Part shown: one piece after another, positions 27,621-35,360 of the stretch
Layout of the letters: the number at the start of each line of letters is the position of its first letter
How positions within the stretch are numbered: the first letter of the stretch is position 1
IMG/VR virus record: IMGVR_UViG_3300042389_000994
Coordinates: 2,599 to 66,598 of that record
DNA from: a virus
DNA length: 64,000 nucleotides
Direction: 5' to 3' (one strand)
Made by a program: the position numbers and the translations under genes
The notes under the pieces: model-generated
Told to the model about the DNA's origin: nothing
The model's input: the letters and a program-made list of their open reading frames with translations, nothing else
Databases searched by the model: none

Positions 27621-28456
27621 TGTTCTTTAATTTTTTTTGCAACAGGTCCACGCCATCTGTCTGCATTGACAAGGAATCTCGTAACAATATCCCGTGCGTC
27701 GTCCTCAAAATATTTGTCCTCAATTGTTTCAAGTTCTTTCATTGCCTGGATGTATGGTATTGCGCCGAAATACGGTTTCTTCCAGTCAGCCTCAATGATG
27801 TCTGCAATTTGGGACAAGGATGGCTCTTCGTTGTTTTTATTTATAGCCATCTCTTTGACCGCATTTTCCGAAACAAAGTGAAAGCCTTGAACCACATGGG
27901 GGGCCGGGTTGCCTTTGTTAGCATGACACTTTATTACGGTGTAGGCATCACCTTTAAAGTCAAGGGCAACATCAATTGGAACCGGCAGTATGTCAGACAC
28001 ACCGGATGCCTTGACCGCCTCTTCAGATGTTGCAAATACCCCGACCTCATGCATAATGACCGCATAGTCACCCACTTTGAATAGCCTGTAGTGGTATTCA
28101 CTTGGGTCTTGGAACTCCACCTGTTCTCTCGTCCAAAAGTTGACATGGCTCTTCACGCGATCAACATCATAGGTCGTGTCCCGGCACTCACCGGTTGTCA
28201 CATCAACACCAAGGATCAGAATCCGTCCGGCCAAGTAGGTGGGGATGTACCGGTGGCTGCAAAAACTTGGGACCCCTTTCATATGGGGTTGGAATAACCC
28301 CTCCTCGTCAATCCAGATGTCATTTTGTGTGTCAAGTGTTACCTTTTCAACTAATTTGCACTCCAAGTGCTGATACATTGATAAAAGTGTGGCCTTGGAA
28401 TCAATTTCCACCTCAAACACCGTTTGAGTAAATGGACAAGCAATAATGCCTTTCAT
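27596..28456 (-). CDS. Hypothetical protein with DUF3846-like N-terminus
   Basis: L..MY..LEC..VE.V...IWIDEEGL...LAGRILILG pattern. Confidence 0.65.
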   Translation of the reverse strand: MKGIIACPFTQTVFEVEIDSKATLLSMYQHLECKLVEKVTLDTQNDIWIDEEGLFQPHMKGVPSFCSHRYIPTYLAGRILILGVDVTTGECRDTTYDVDRVKSHVNFWTREQVEFQDPSEYHYRLFKVGDYAVIMHEVGVFATSEEAVKASGVSDILPVPIDVALDFKGDAYTVIKCHANKGNPAPHVVQGFHFVSENAVKEMAINKNNEEPSLSQIADIIEADWKKPYFGAIPYIQAMKELETIEDKYFEDDARDIVTRFLVNADRWRGPVAKKIKEQLRKMLKK

Positions 28457-29043
28457 TAGAATCTACCTTTTAAATGATTGATAATATCATTTCGTTCCTC
28501 CTGAACCAAACTCACATCGTCACTGAGTTCTACCTGGATTTCCACCTCGCCGTCCCATTTGCGCCACCTCGTAATATAGCCCGTCACCTTTCGGTTGCGG
28601 TGGTACACCGTGAACTCATATGTACTAGTCGATTCCAAGAGATTGACCTTGCATTCCTTGATGCTTGGATTCAAAGTGTTGCAGATATACTTTGCAATGG
28701 ATGGCGGGTAAACCTCCCAAATAGCATCCTCCAACTCAATGACTTGGTCAATCCCAAAGCCTGGGTTAGACTCCGCAAGAGTTCGGTCTAACGGAATTGA
28801 TTTTCTATCAACAAACGCCCATTCAAAATTTGTTACAATATGGCGCTTAACGAAGTCCAAGGGTATTAGTGTAATCGTTTGATTTGTTTTTAAATAGTTT
28901 ACACTTGCCTCCTCCTCGGTTAGTATACTCCGCGTTACCCTCCCATTGGGGGTGGTTTCCTCAAGCAAGTAACCCTTGCTAATGTTTTTGACAACCATTG
29001 CTGCCGCGATGGTGTGCCAGACATTGATCCAATCTTTTTTCAT
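28456..29043 (-). CDS. Hypothetical protein
   Basis: Coupled to the next gene by TAATG. Confidence 0.65.
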   Translation of the reverse strand: MKKDWINVWHTIAAAMVVKNISKGYLLEETTPNGRVTRSILTEEEASVNYLKTNQTITLIPLDFVKRHIVTNFEWAFVDRKSIPLDRTLAESNPGFGIDQVIELEDAIWEVYPPSIAKYICNTLNPSIKECKVNLLESTSTYEFTVYHRNRKVTGYITRWRKWDGEVEIQVELSDDVSLVQEERNDIINHLKGRF

Positions 29044-29088
29044 GGTTTTAAATTTAAGTTTAGGTTATGGGGTTGGGGGTTAGTTGAT

Positions 29089-29121
29089 GAAAAGAAAAGG
29101 GGGGTGTTCGGACACCCCCCG
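29089..29121 (-). terminator. Intrinsic terminator with a variant of the dispersed palindrome
   Basis: Minus strand reads GGGGGGTGT-CCGA-ACACCCCCC-TTTTCTTTT. Confidence 0.75.
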
Positions 29122-29130
29122 TTGATTGAA

Positions 29131-30054
29131 TTATTTCTTGGTTGGGGTTAGCACCATTGCGTTATCGTCCTGTACAAGTTTCCAATCATATTCGGTAGAA
29201 AGGTAGAACGAGCGTTTGTCTAGCTCCTGATTGTCTGAATTTCTGACTTGAATAAAGTCCTCCACAAGCCCCAAGGATTCACAAACATCGTTTGAAACAA
29301 CTTTCCCGCCTCTTATAGCATGCCTAGAGAAATCAAAGCACTTGCTCTCCTTGGGGAAGCAGTCAGGGTGGTTCGCCTTGATCTTGGGTTTCCAAGTTGA
29401 ACATGCTAATTCGTGCAGTCCACGGATGGCTTCGTCGGTAGTCCTCCCATCTAACTTGAAGTGTTCTGTAAGGTATTCCTTCTGTGGGGCAGTAGCTGCG
29501 TTGTAGTACTCATTGAGTAACTCACGGGAGATTTGAATTGATTTTGACATGGGTGTTTGGGTTTGGTTTGTGATTTCACGGAACTGTTCAAGGGTGATTT
29601 CTACAAATTGAGGATAACTATTAAGGCATTGTGCGATGAAACCACAATAGTACTTGCTTTCGTCAAGCGGATGGTCGGACATTAGGGTATAACCCACTCG
29701 AAAACGGGTGTAGCGTTCATCTGCATTGTTTCTCCACCAAGCGTAGAGTTCTTTAAAGTTTTCTTCCGTGGCTTCAATACACCAGTGTTCAGGATGTGGG
29801 TTGGTGATTTCACGGAATTGTTTGAGGGTGATTTTTTGGTAGGATTCATGCGTTGCGGCAAAGCCTTTCTCGGTGCCGGCCCAGTAATAACTTAAATCTG
29901 TTGGGTGCTCTGAAAGCAGGATGGCGTCTTCTTTTAGGCGGGCGTCTAGGTCACTTGTCCATCCGCTTTTTAAGGCTTGTTTTTGCCACCACGCTTGAAG
30001 TTCGTCGTGGTTCTCTTGGGTTGTGGGAATGTACCATTTTTCTGGATGTTTCAT
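29131..30054 (-). CDS. Hypothetical protein with two N-terminal tandem domain repeats
   Basis: HPEKWYI..ITLKQFREITN and HPEHWCI..ITLEQFREITN. Confidence 0.7.
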   Translation of the reverse strand: MKHPEKWYIPTTQENHDELQAWWQKQALKSGWTSDLDARLKEDAILLSEHPTDLSYYWAGTEKGFAATHESYQKITLKQFREITNPHPEHWCIEATEENFKELYAWWRNNADERYTRFRVGYTLMSDHPLDESKYYCGFIAQCLNSYPQFVEITLEQFREITNQTQTPMSKSIQISRELLNEYYNAATAPQKEYLTEHFKLDGRTTDEAIRGLHELACSTWKPKIKANHPDCFPKESKCFDFSRHAIRGGKVVSNDVCESLGLVEDFIQVRNSDNQELDKRSFYLSTEYDWKLVQDDNAMVLTPTKK

Positions 30055-30065
30055 TTGATTTGGGT

Positions 30066-30569
30066 TTAGGGTTTAGGTTTTAGGATTTGGTTTACTTTTT
30101 CAATGATTAAATCGCCAATGTACTCTCGGCAGATGTCGGCGGTTTGCATTCTATTAGCATCGGCAGCGGCATCGGCAGCGTCAGCGGCATCGGTACCGTC
30201 AGCGGCATGGGCAGCGGCATCGGCAGCGGCACAGGCAGCGGCATAGGCAGAGGCAGAGGCAGCGTTAGCGGAAACGGCAGGGACGGCGGCAGCGTCTAAC
30301 TCTTCACGAGTCGCTTTGCCTTCGCCAAAAGCAATTGCAACATCAACCGCCTTGATGGTACGCTCATCTATCAAGTGCCAAACCGTGCTAGCACAATGCC
30401 CCTTGGCAAGAGTCAGCGGTTGCAGTCCGATGTCGCACTTTCGGGCAAGCCACAGAAGCCAATCCCCTCGGTGGCAGGTTGCAACGACTTCTTCTATGGT
30501 CTTGTTTCCGGCCCACTCAACGGCAGGCTCGCAAGCCTCTACGGATTTTAAGTATTGATTTAAGGTCAT
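30066..30569 (-). CDS. Hypothetical phage protein with Ala/Asp-rich tract
   Basis: Start MTLNQY at 30569. AC..AV.W, RGDWLLWLA and DAA repeats. Confidence 0.7.
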   Translation of the reverse strand: MTLNQYLKSVEACEPAVEWAGNKTIEEVVATCHRGDWLLWLARKCDIGLQPLTLAKGHCASTVWHLIDERTIKAVDVAIAFGEGKATREELDAAAVPAVSANAASASAYAAACAAADAAAHAADGTDAADAADAAADANRMQTADICREYIGDLIIEKVNQILKPKP

Positions 30570-30582
30570 GGTCTGTTGTATT

Positions 30583-31290
30583 TTAGTGTTTGTTGATTTT
30601 AATATTTTTGAGAGTCTTAACCCTCCGGCCAGAACACAGATTGCAGGATGCACAGGTTGCCTTGAACCCTGCCTCCTTGGATGCTGGGCATTGGACGGCA
30701 TCTGACTCTTGGCCCTTGTCCACCGTAATGAAGGATCGCCATCCCATCGCCTTTGCCTCAAGCTCTTCACCTTGGTTGTGGACCGATGCCATAAAGAAGG
30801 GAGCATAGTCTTGAGCCCAGGTCTTATCCCATTGATGGGTGTAGCCCGTATGCGACCGGCTAACATCCACCATCGCTGATATGAGATCCACCGGCATTAG
30901 GCTTGGCTCGCCATAAGTGCCAAAGCGAACATACCGGCCTCGGCACATATCAATGATGGCCGACCTCTTGGCCTCGTCCAATTGTCCTATGTCGGACACA
31001 CCGACAGAGCGGAGTTGTGATAAGAACCCGGAGAACTGCATATACTTGTGGGTGTAGCACTTGCCTGTGCCTGAATTACCGGAGAGAGGGCAGTCAAGAC
31101 AGTTGGACTGATCTTGGGCGAAGAAGTCGCCTTGGCTAACCTTGTCTTTGGCCGCCTTGAGTTGGCCAAGGCTGTAGGTGTAGGTTTGGACGATGAGTTG
31201 CTTTGGATCAGCAATCTTCGCGTTGGTGGTTCGTCCCAGTGTGACAACGAAAAGGTTGTCGCCGGAAATGTAACTGACTCGTTTGCTCAT
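30583..31290 (-). CDS. Cys-rich, probably Fe-S (radical-SAM-like) phage protein
   Basis: CLDCP..CY, RFGTYGEP, GYTHQW, MASV, CPA..TCASCNLC. Confidence 0.6.
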   Translation of the reverse strand: MSKRVSYISGDNLFVVTLGRTTNAKIADPKQLIVQTYTYSLGQLKAAKDKVSQGDFFAQDQSNCLDCPLSGNSGTGKCYTHKYMQFSGFLSQLRSVGVSDIGQLDEAKRSAIIDMCRGRYVRFGTYGEPSLMPVDLISAMVDVSRSHTGYTHQWDKTWAQDYAPFFMASVHNQGEELEAKAMGWRSFITVDKGQESDAVQCPASKEAGFKATCASCNLCSGRRVKTLKNIKINKH

Positions 31291-31326
31291 GGTTTAAAGG
31301 TTTAGAGGAATGTTGGTAGTGAACAA

Positions 31327-31393
31327 TTGTGGTTGAATGGTGTAAAGATAATAATGGTGTGGCTGTCACTCCAAAAAAAGTTATCCACATTTT
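31327..31393 (-). promoter_or_regulatory. Early promoter with an adjacent DnaA box
   Basis: TTTG (31375-31372), 21-nt spacer, TATCTTTA (31350-31343), then AACCACAA. TTATCCACA on the + strand at 31381-31389. Confidence 0.65.
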
Positions 31394-31395
31394 AG

Positions 31396-31468
31396 AGGCC
31401 GGGGCGAAATCCGAATTCGCCTGCATTAACCAGGGGTCCCCACCCCCATGCACTGCCACAGCCGGCCT
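31396..31468 (-). ncRNA. 73-nt cloverleaf (tRNA-like) structure
   Basis: AGGCCGG/CCGGCCT closing stem; CTG-TGG-CAG; TGCAT..GGGGT-GGGG-ACCCC..ATGCA; GGCGAA-TTCGGAT-TTCGCC. Confidence 0.5.
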
Positions 31469-31474
31469 GTACGG

Positions 31475-31786
31475 TCAAAGGTCTACATCTTTGCCTTCTA
31501 TTAGTTTCTTGACGACCGCCTTGATGGCCATACCCTTGAGCATGGCATCGTTGCGGACAGCCGCAAGCAGATACCCGGTCATCATGACCTTCTTCTCATA
31601 CTCGCTGATCTCGCCAACCGTTTCTTCGCCAAAGCATTCCGCCTGCATTCTGCGGATACCGGCGAGGCCGGCCTCGTGGATGGTATCATTAGTTTGATAT
31701 AGCTTTTCGATTCGTCCTCGTGTGACGGAGTTCCAATCTTCGCCCAATCCGAGGGCTTCGGCAACTGTTTGATCTTTGTCTTGCAT
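31475..31786 (-). CDS. Hypothetical protein (distantly resembles 27238-27561)
   Basis: Both have LGL..W near the N-terminus and K.MM.GY..A in the C-terminal half. Confidence 0.65.
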   Translation of the reverse strand: MQDKDQTVAEALGLGEDWNSVTRGRIEKLYQTNDTIHEAGLAGIRRMQAECFGEETVGEISEYEKKVMMTGYLLAAVRNDAMLKGMAIKAVVKKLIEGKDVDL

Positions 31787-31834
31787 GGTGTTTTGTGTTT
31801 AAAAGATGGGGTGTGCCGGACACACACCCCGAAA

Positions 31835-32713
31835 TTACAATGCCCTATGGTGGGCTTGTCCGGAGTTGATGCACTGTTGGATCTTGGCGGCTTGGAGTTT
31901 CACCCAATCGGCGGTTTCATTGGTGTCCCCGAAGCAATCCATATCGGCGGCCGGTAGATCCACGACTAGGTCTTCGCCGCTGCCTCCAATCCAAGCGAAG
32001 AACTCTTCGTCAGGCAGCATGGTGTCCCGGTTCTGGGCAGACCCAATTGCGCTCATGTGCTGCTTGCCAAGGCTAGGGAACAGAGCCCCGTACCAAGTGA
32101 ACGATACCCGACGGTGGAAGGATGGGTGGGTGGTCACACCTAGCCGGGGGATATCCAGGCTCTCGCTTGAGTCCTTGACCCGCACACACATAATCGCCCC
32201 GCCGTTGAACACACCGCTCGTCGTGTAGCTGGCTGTGATCTTGAGGTCCGCCGTCGCATCCAGTGCAGCCGCAAGGGCGGCGATGGCCCCGCCATGGTTG
32301 ATGTATGCCTCGGACGATGTGCCGGCGTTGGTGTTGCCCCGGTAGATCAGGTGGACCAAGGGGCGGCGTGGTTCGCCCTCGTACCTGTAGAAGCACCGCT
32401 TGCTGCCTTGGATGTAGGCGACCGGACTGAACTCGTCACCCGTGTAGTGTAGCGAAGGCGACTCTTTGTCCTCTCGCATCGCATCGATGATCAGGTCACG
32501 AGCCCCGGCAATGGCCCTCGCGTTGTAGCCGTCGTATGCTCGCTTGACCATCGTCGGCCAGTCAGGGGCATCCCCGTAGAAGTCAGTGTCTGTGGACTCT
32601 ATCTGCCCGTGGGTCGTGTGGGTCTTGGCTAGCTCTATGGCCTTCTGCACATACCCGTGGACGGTGGTGTCAACAAGAGTCAGGGTGTCAGTGTGGTGGA
32701 TTCGGGGTGTCAT
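31835..32713 (-). CDS. Probable degenerate vWA-like partner of the AAA+ ATPase
   Basis: Follows a MoxR/AAA_5-type ATPase. GDEF...YIQG..CF, VKD, HPSFHRR pattern. Confidence 0.5.
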   Translation of the reverse strand: MTPRIHHTDTLTLVDTTVHGYVQKAIELAKTHTTHGQIESTDTDFYGDAPDWPTMVKRAYDGYNARAIAGARDLIIDAMREDKESPSLHYTGDEFSPVAYIQGSKRCFYRYEGEPRRPLVHLIYRGNTNAGTSSEAYINHGGAIAALAAALDATADLKITASYTTSGVFNGGAIMCVRVKDSSESLDIPRLGVTTHPSFHRRVSFTWYGALFPSLGKQHMSAIGSAQNRDTMLPDEEFFAWIGGSGEDLVVDLPAADMDCFGDTNETADWVKLQAAKIQQCINSGQAHHRAL

Positions 32714-32718
32714 ATGGC

Positions 32719-33834
32719 TTAGGCGTTGAGGTTGATTCCATCAAGAAGGCGAAGGCGTTGGTCGTCGGACACCCGGTTGAGGATGGCAAAGTTCAGGGCC
32801 TCCTCCAAGGTGTAACCGGATCTCATCAGGGCGTTGGTGCTGATGGCCCGGCGTGGCGATATGATCAGGTCCATCGCAAGGTCGAATGCCCGGCGGCGTA
32901 GGGCTTGGACGGTGCGGGTGGCAGTGGTGTCCCCGGCAACAGCGAGCTCCATGGCCTCATCCACGTTCCACGTAAGGAACTCAAATCGGTCTGTGCTGCT
33001 CGCATCCAAGCGGGTGGCCGCCGTGTAGGTGCGATTGGTGCCGGTCCCGAAGGTGTTTTGGCAGGCAACCGCCCGGAAGTCGGCGTGTCTTTTGACCTTC
33101 TCGCCGTTCGGGAACAGATGCGAAGACCCGGCCAAGACAGTGTTCAGGGCGATGGTCACCTCGGTGTTGGTGCGATCAAACTCATCCAAGCAAAGGATGC
33201 CGCCGTGCTTGTAGGCTGTGTACACAGGGCTCGCGAAGTATTCGCTGCCGATGGTGTAGCCGCGGATATCAGCGGCATTCATCTTTTGGTGGCAGGCAAC
33301 GAGTTGGAAGTCCACGCCTAGGGCGTTGGCGAGCTGCTCCGCCCCGTAGGATTTGCCCGAACCGGCCTCGCCTACGAGAGCGGTGTGGCAGTAGTACCCT
33401 GCACCGTCCCGGCTGGTCGCGATGCGGACCAGGTGCTGAAAGTTGCGGTGTGTCACTCCCACCGCCGTGTGTCCAACACACTGACCGGAGGAGTCGCGTT
33501 GGGCGACCGTCACGGTGATGGCTGCATCCGCCTGGGCCTGGGCATAGGCTTGCTGAAACACCCAATCCAGTTGGTGCTTGATCTCGGCCCGGGCATCGGC
33601 GGCCAAGGCATCTATCATCCCGTCCACGAGCGTGGTGGTGGTCCGGTGTGCCTCGTCGGTGGCGGTTCTTATGGCCTCGCCCTTGATGCGGTCAAGCAGG
33701 TCGTCGCTGACGGCGGCGAGGGCCTGGGCGGTCGCTTGGCCGATGATCGAGTTGGTGTCCACCGGAGCGGCGGGGGTGTAGGTGCGGCGGGAGGCGGCTT
33801 GGGCCGCGATATCCTGCCAATTGGTTTTGAGCAT
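32719..33834 (-). CDS. MoxR/CbbQ-like (AAA_5) AAA+ ATPase
   Basis: GEAGSGKS (Walker A), LCLDEFD (Walker B), H.DFR.VA..NT.G.G, LDASSTDRF, SPR. Confidence 0.85.
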   Translation of the reverse strand: MLKTNWQDIAAQAASRRTYTPAAPVDTNSIIGQATAQALAAVSDDLLDRIKGEAIRTATDEAHRTTTTLVDGMIDALAADARAEIKHQLDWVFQQAYAQAQADAAITVTVAQRDSSGQCVGHTAVGVTHRNFQHLVRIATSRDGAGYYCHTALVGEAGSGKSYGAEQLANALGVDFQLVACHQKMNAADIRGYTIGSEYFASPVYTAYKHGGILCLDEFDRTNTEVTIALNTVLAGSSHLFPNGEKVKRHADFRAVACQNTFGTGTNRTYTAATRLDASSTDRFEFLTWNVDEAMELAVAGDTTATRTVQALRRRAFDLAMDLIISPRRAISTNALMRSGYTLEEALNFAILNRVSDDQRLRLLDGINLNA

Positions 33835-33848
33835 GGGGTTGGGGTTTT

Positions 33849-33900
33849 GGTTAAGACCCCCCGTGGGGGGTTTCGGCCATTCAGGCCTCGTCAGTTAACC
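33849..33900 (-). ncRNA. Hammerhead ribozyme (type I topology)
   Basis: GGUUAA-CUGACGA-GGCC(UGAAU)GGCC-GAAA-CCCCCC(AC)GGGGGG-UC-UUAACC: complete catalytic core and three stems. Confidence 0.9.
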
Positions 33901-34485
33901 TTCGATGGCGTTGTCCATCGCGGCCATCAGGATGGCGATGGCTGCCTCAAGCTCCTCGCGGGTGTTGTGGGTGTAGGCTTGACCGTTCGCATCCAACCGG
34001 ACGGATACATTGGCGGCGTGGGGGTCACCCAAGATCAGGGGCATCTTGGCGGTAAAGGTGATGTAGGTGGGCACTTTGTCGGTGTCCTGATCGTCGGCGG
34101 CGGCGGGGGCATCTGGGCGCTCGTCAAATTTGCCTTTCAGGAAGTCGTCGTACTTGCGGACCGACCGGGCGATGCCCTCGGCCTCACAGAACTCGTTGAA
34201 GGCTTGCAGTTGGTCCAATGTACCCTTCGCAATCCGGGCGAGTTGGTAGTGCCACTTGGAGTTGATGTTGGCGGGGGTCATGCCCATCGCCATACATACA
34301 CGGTCGAAGTTGAGCTCCTCGGTCTTGGCCTCGTCCGGGTTGGCCTTGAGCCACTCTTGGGCCTCGAGCAGGATGGCCCCAAGGTCTAAGCAGGCCTTGA
34401 ATTTGTCCTCGGTGGTGCGGTTAACCTTGGCGACGAGCGTTTGGGCCTTGGAGAGTTGGAGTGCGGTGATGATGGTTTTTTTCAT
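33895..34485 (-). CDS. First early gene, hypothetical protein
   Basis: ATG ORF downstream of a promoter, with an A/C-rich leader. Confidence 0.7.
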   Translation of the reverse strand: MKKTIITALQLSKAQTLVAKVNRTTEDKFKACLDLGAILLEAQEWLKANPDEAKTEELNFDRVCMAMGMTPANINSKWHYQLARIAKGTLDQLQAFNEFCEAEGIARSVRKYDDFLKGKFDERPDAPAAADDQDTDKVPTYITFTAKMPLILGDPHAANVSVRLDANGQAYTHNTREELEAAIAILMAAMDNAIEG

Positions 34486-34511
34486 GGTTTGGGGGTTAGA
34501 ATGTGGTTAGG

Positions 34512-34585
34512 TTGTGGTTGATGATGCAAAGATGCAGCGGCGGTGGGTGGTTGCAACCGCTCCAAGCAAAATGTGGATAACTTTT
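34512..34585 (-). promoter_or_regulatory. Early promoter with an adjacent DnaA box
   Basis: GTTG (34557-34554), 19-nt spacer, CATCTTTG (34534-34527), then AACCACAA. TTATCCACA on the - strand at 34580-34572. Confidence 0.55.
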
Positions 34586-35014
34586 GCGGTGTTCGGTTTT
34601 GTGCACAGTGGCTTGGACGGTGTGAGAGCGGTGTGGATGTATTGGATCAGGTGGGGCGGGACGGGGGTTAAGCCTTCGCCCAGGCTGTGGGTGTTGGGTG
34701 AAACCATCCCCCTCCCGGTCGGTGGGTCGTTCAGGTTGGGGTGGATGTTCGGGGGGGCGGTCCGCCACCGGCCATCGGATCTTGGTCTTGGTCGGTTTTG
34801 GCGGAGTGTGCCGGACACACAGAGTCATGACGATTTTGGTTTGGGTCGTGGCAAAATCGGCAAAAATTCCGGGCATCGTTGCCGGATTTGGCCCCCCCCA
34901 CGTGCGCACGGGGGCACGTTGCGCCTGGGCGGGCGCACGCACAACGCGGTATATAACCCGATTTCTACAAGTATCTCCCGATTTTTTTTCAGTTATGACA
35001 CTTGCTTTCTCTTT

Positions 35015-35142
35015 TTGTCATCTGATTATCAGGCTCATGTCAATTATGACGATTTTTCTTTCTATTATAACGATTCTAAAGAAAGAAAGAATATATAGTA
35101 TATATAGAGTAGAGAGGGGAAAAAATCCGCATTTCTGACATG
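35015..35142. other. Origin-like element, copy 2
   Basis: Same conserved blocks as 24644-24768. Imperfect 22-bp inverted arms flank an AT-rich core. Confidence 0.6.
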
Positions 35143-35158
35143 TGCTATTTTTGTTCCT

Positions 35159-35359
35159 ATGGACGTACCATTTTGGTATAGGAAAGAAGAGCCTGGTGTG
35201 ACCATCCACATAGACACAGGTGATCAGCATATATTTTTGGCTTTGAACGAGGTTTGGGTTGATGATGATGTGGAGATTTTAAGTCCAAGACATCGTTGGC
35301 CGCTTATTTTTGAGAAAACTTGGGTAATTCCTATTAATTTTGACCCACTAAACGAATAA
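35159..35359 (+). CDS. Hypothetical protein
   Basis: First ORF of the rightward arm, ending just before groEL. Confidence 0.5.
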   Translation: MDVPFWYRKEEPGVTIHIDTGDQHIFLALNEVWVDDDVEILSPRHRWPLIFEKTWVIPINFDPLNE

Positions 35360-35360
35360 A

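Noticed and set aside
30150-30295. GGCAGCGGCATC-type tandem repeats
   Set aside because: Explained by the Ala/Asp-rich coding tract.
33385-34389. 334-aa + strand ORF and other long antisense ORFs at 32-35 kb
   Set aside because: Shadow frames of GC-rich minus-strand genes, with no recognisable motifs.
34496-35138. Overlapping ORFs of 100-194 aa in the divergence region
   Set aside because: Low-complexity translations caused by GC content and strand skew. The region holds promoter and origin-like elements instead.
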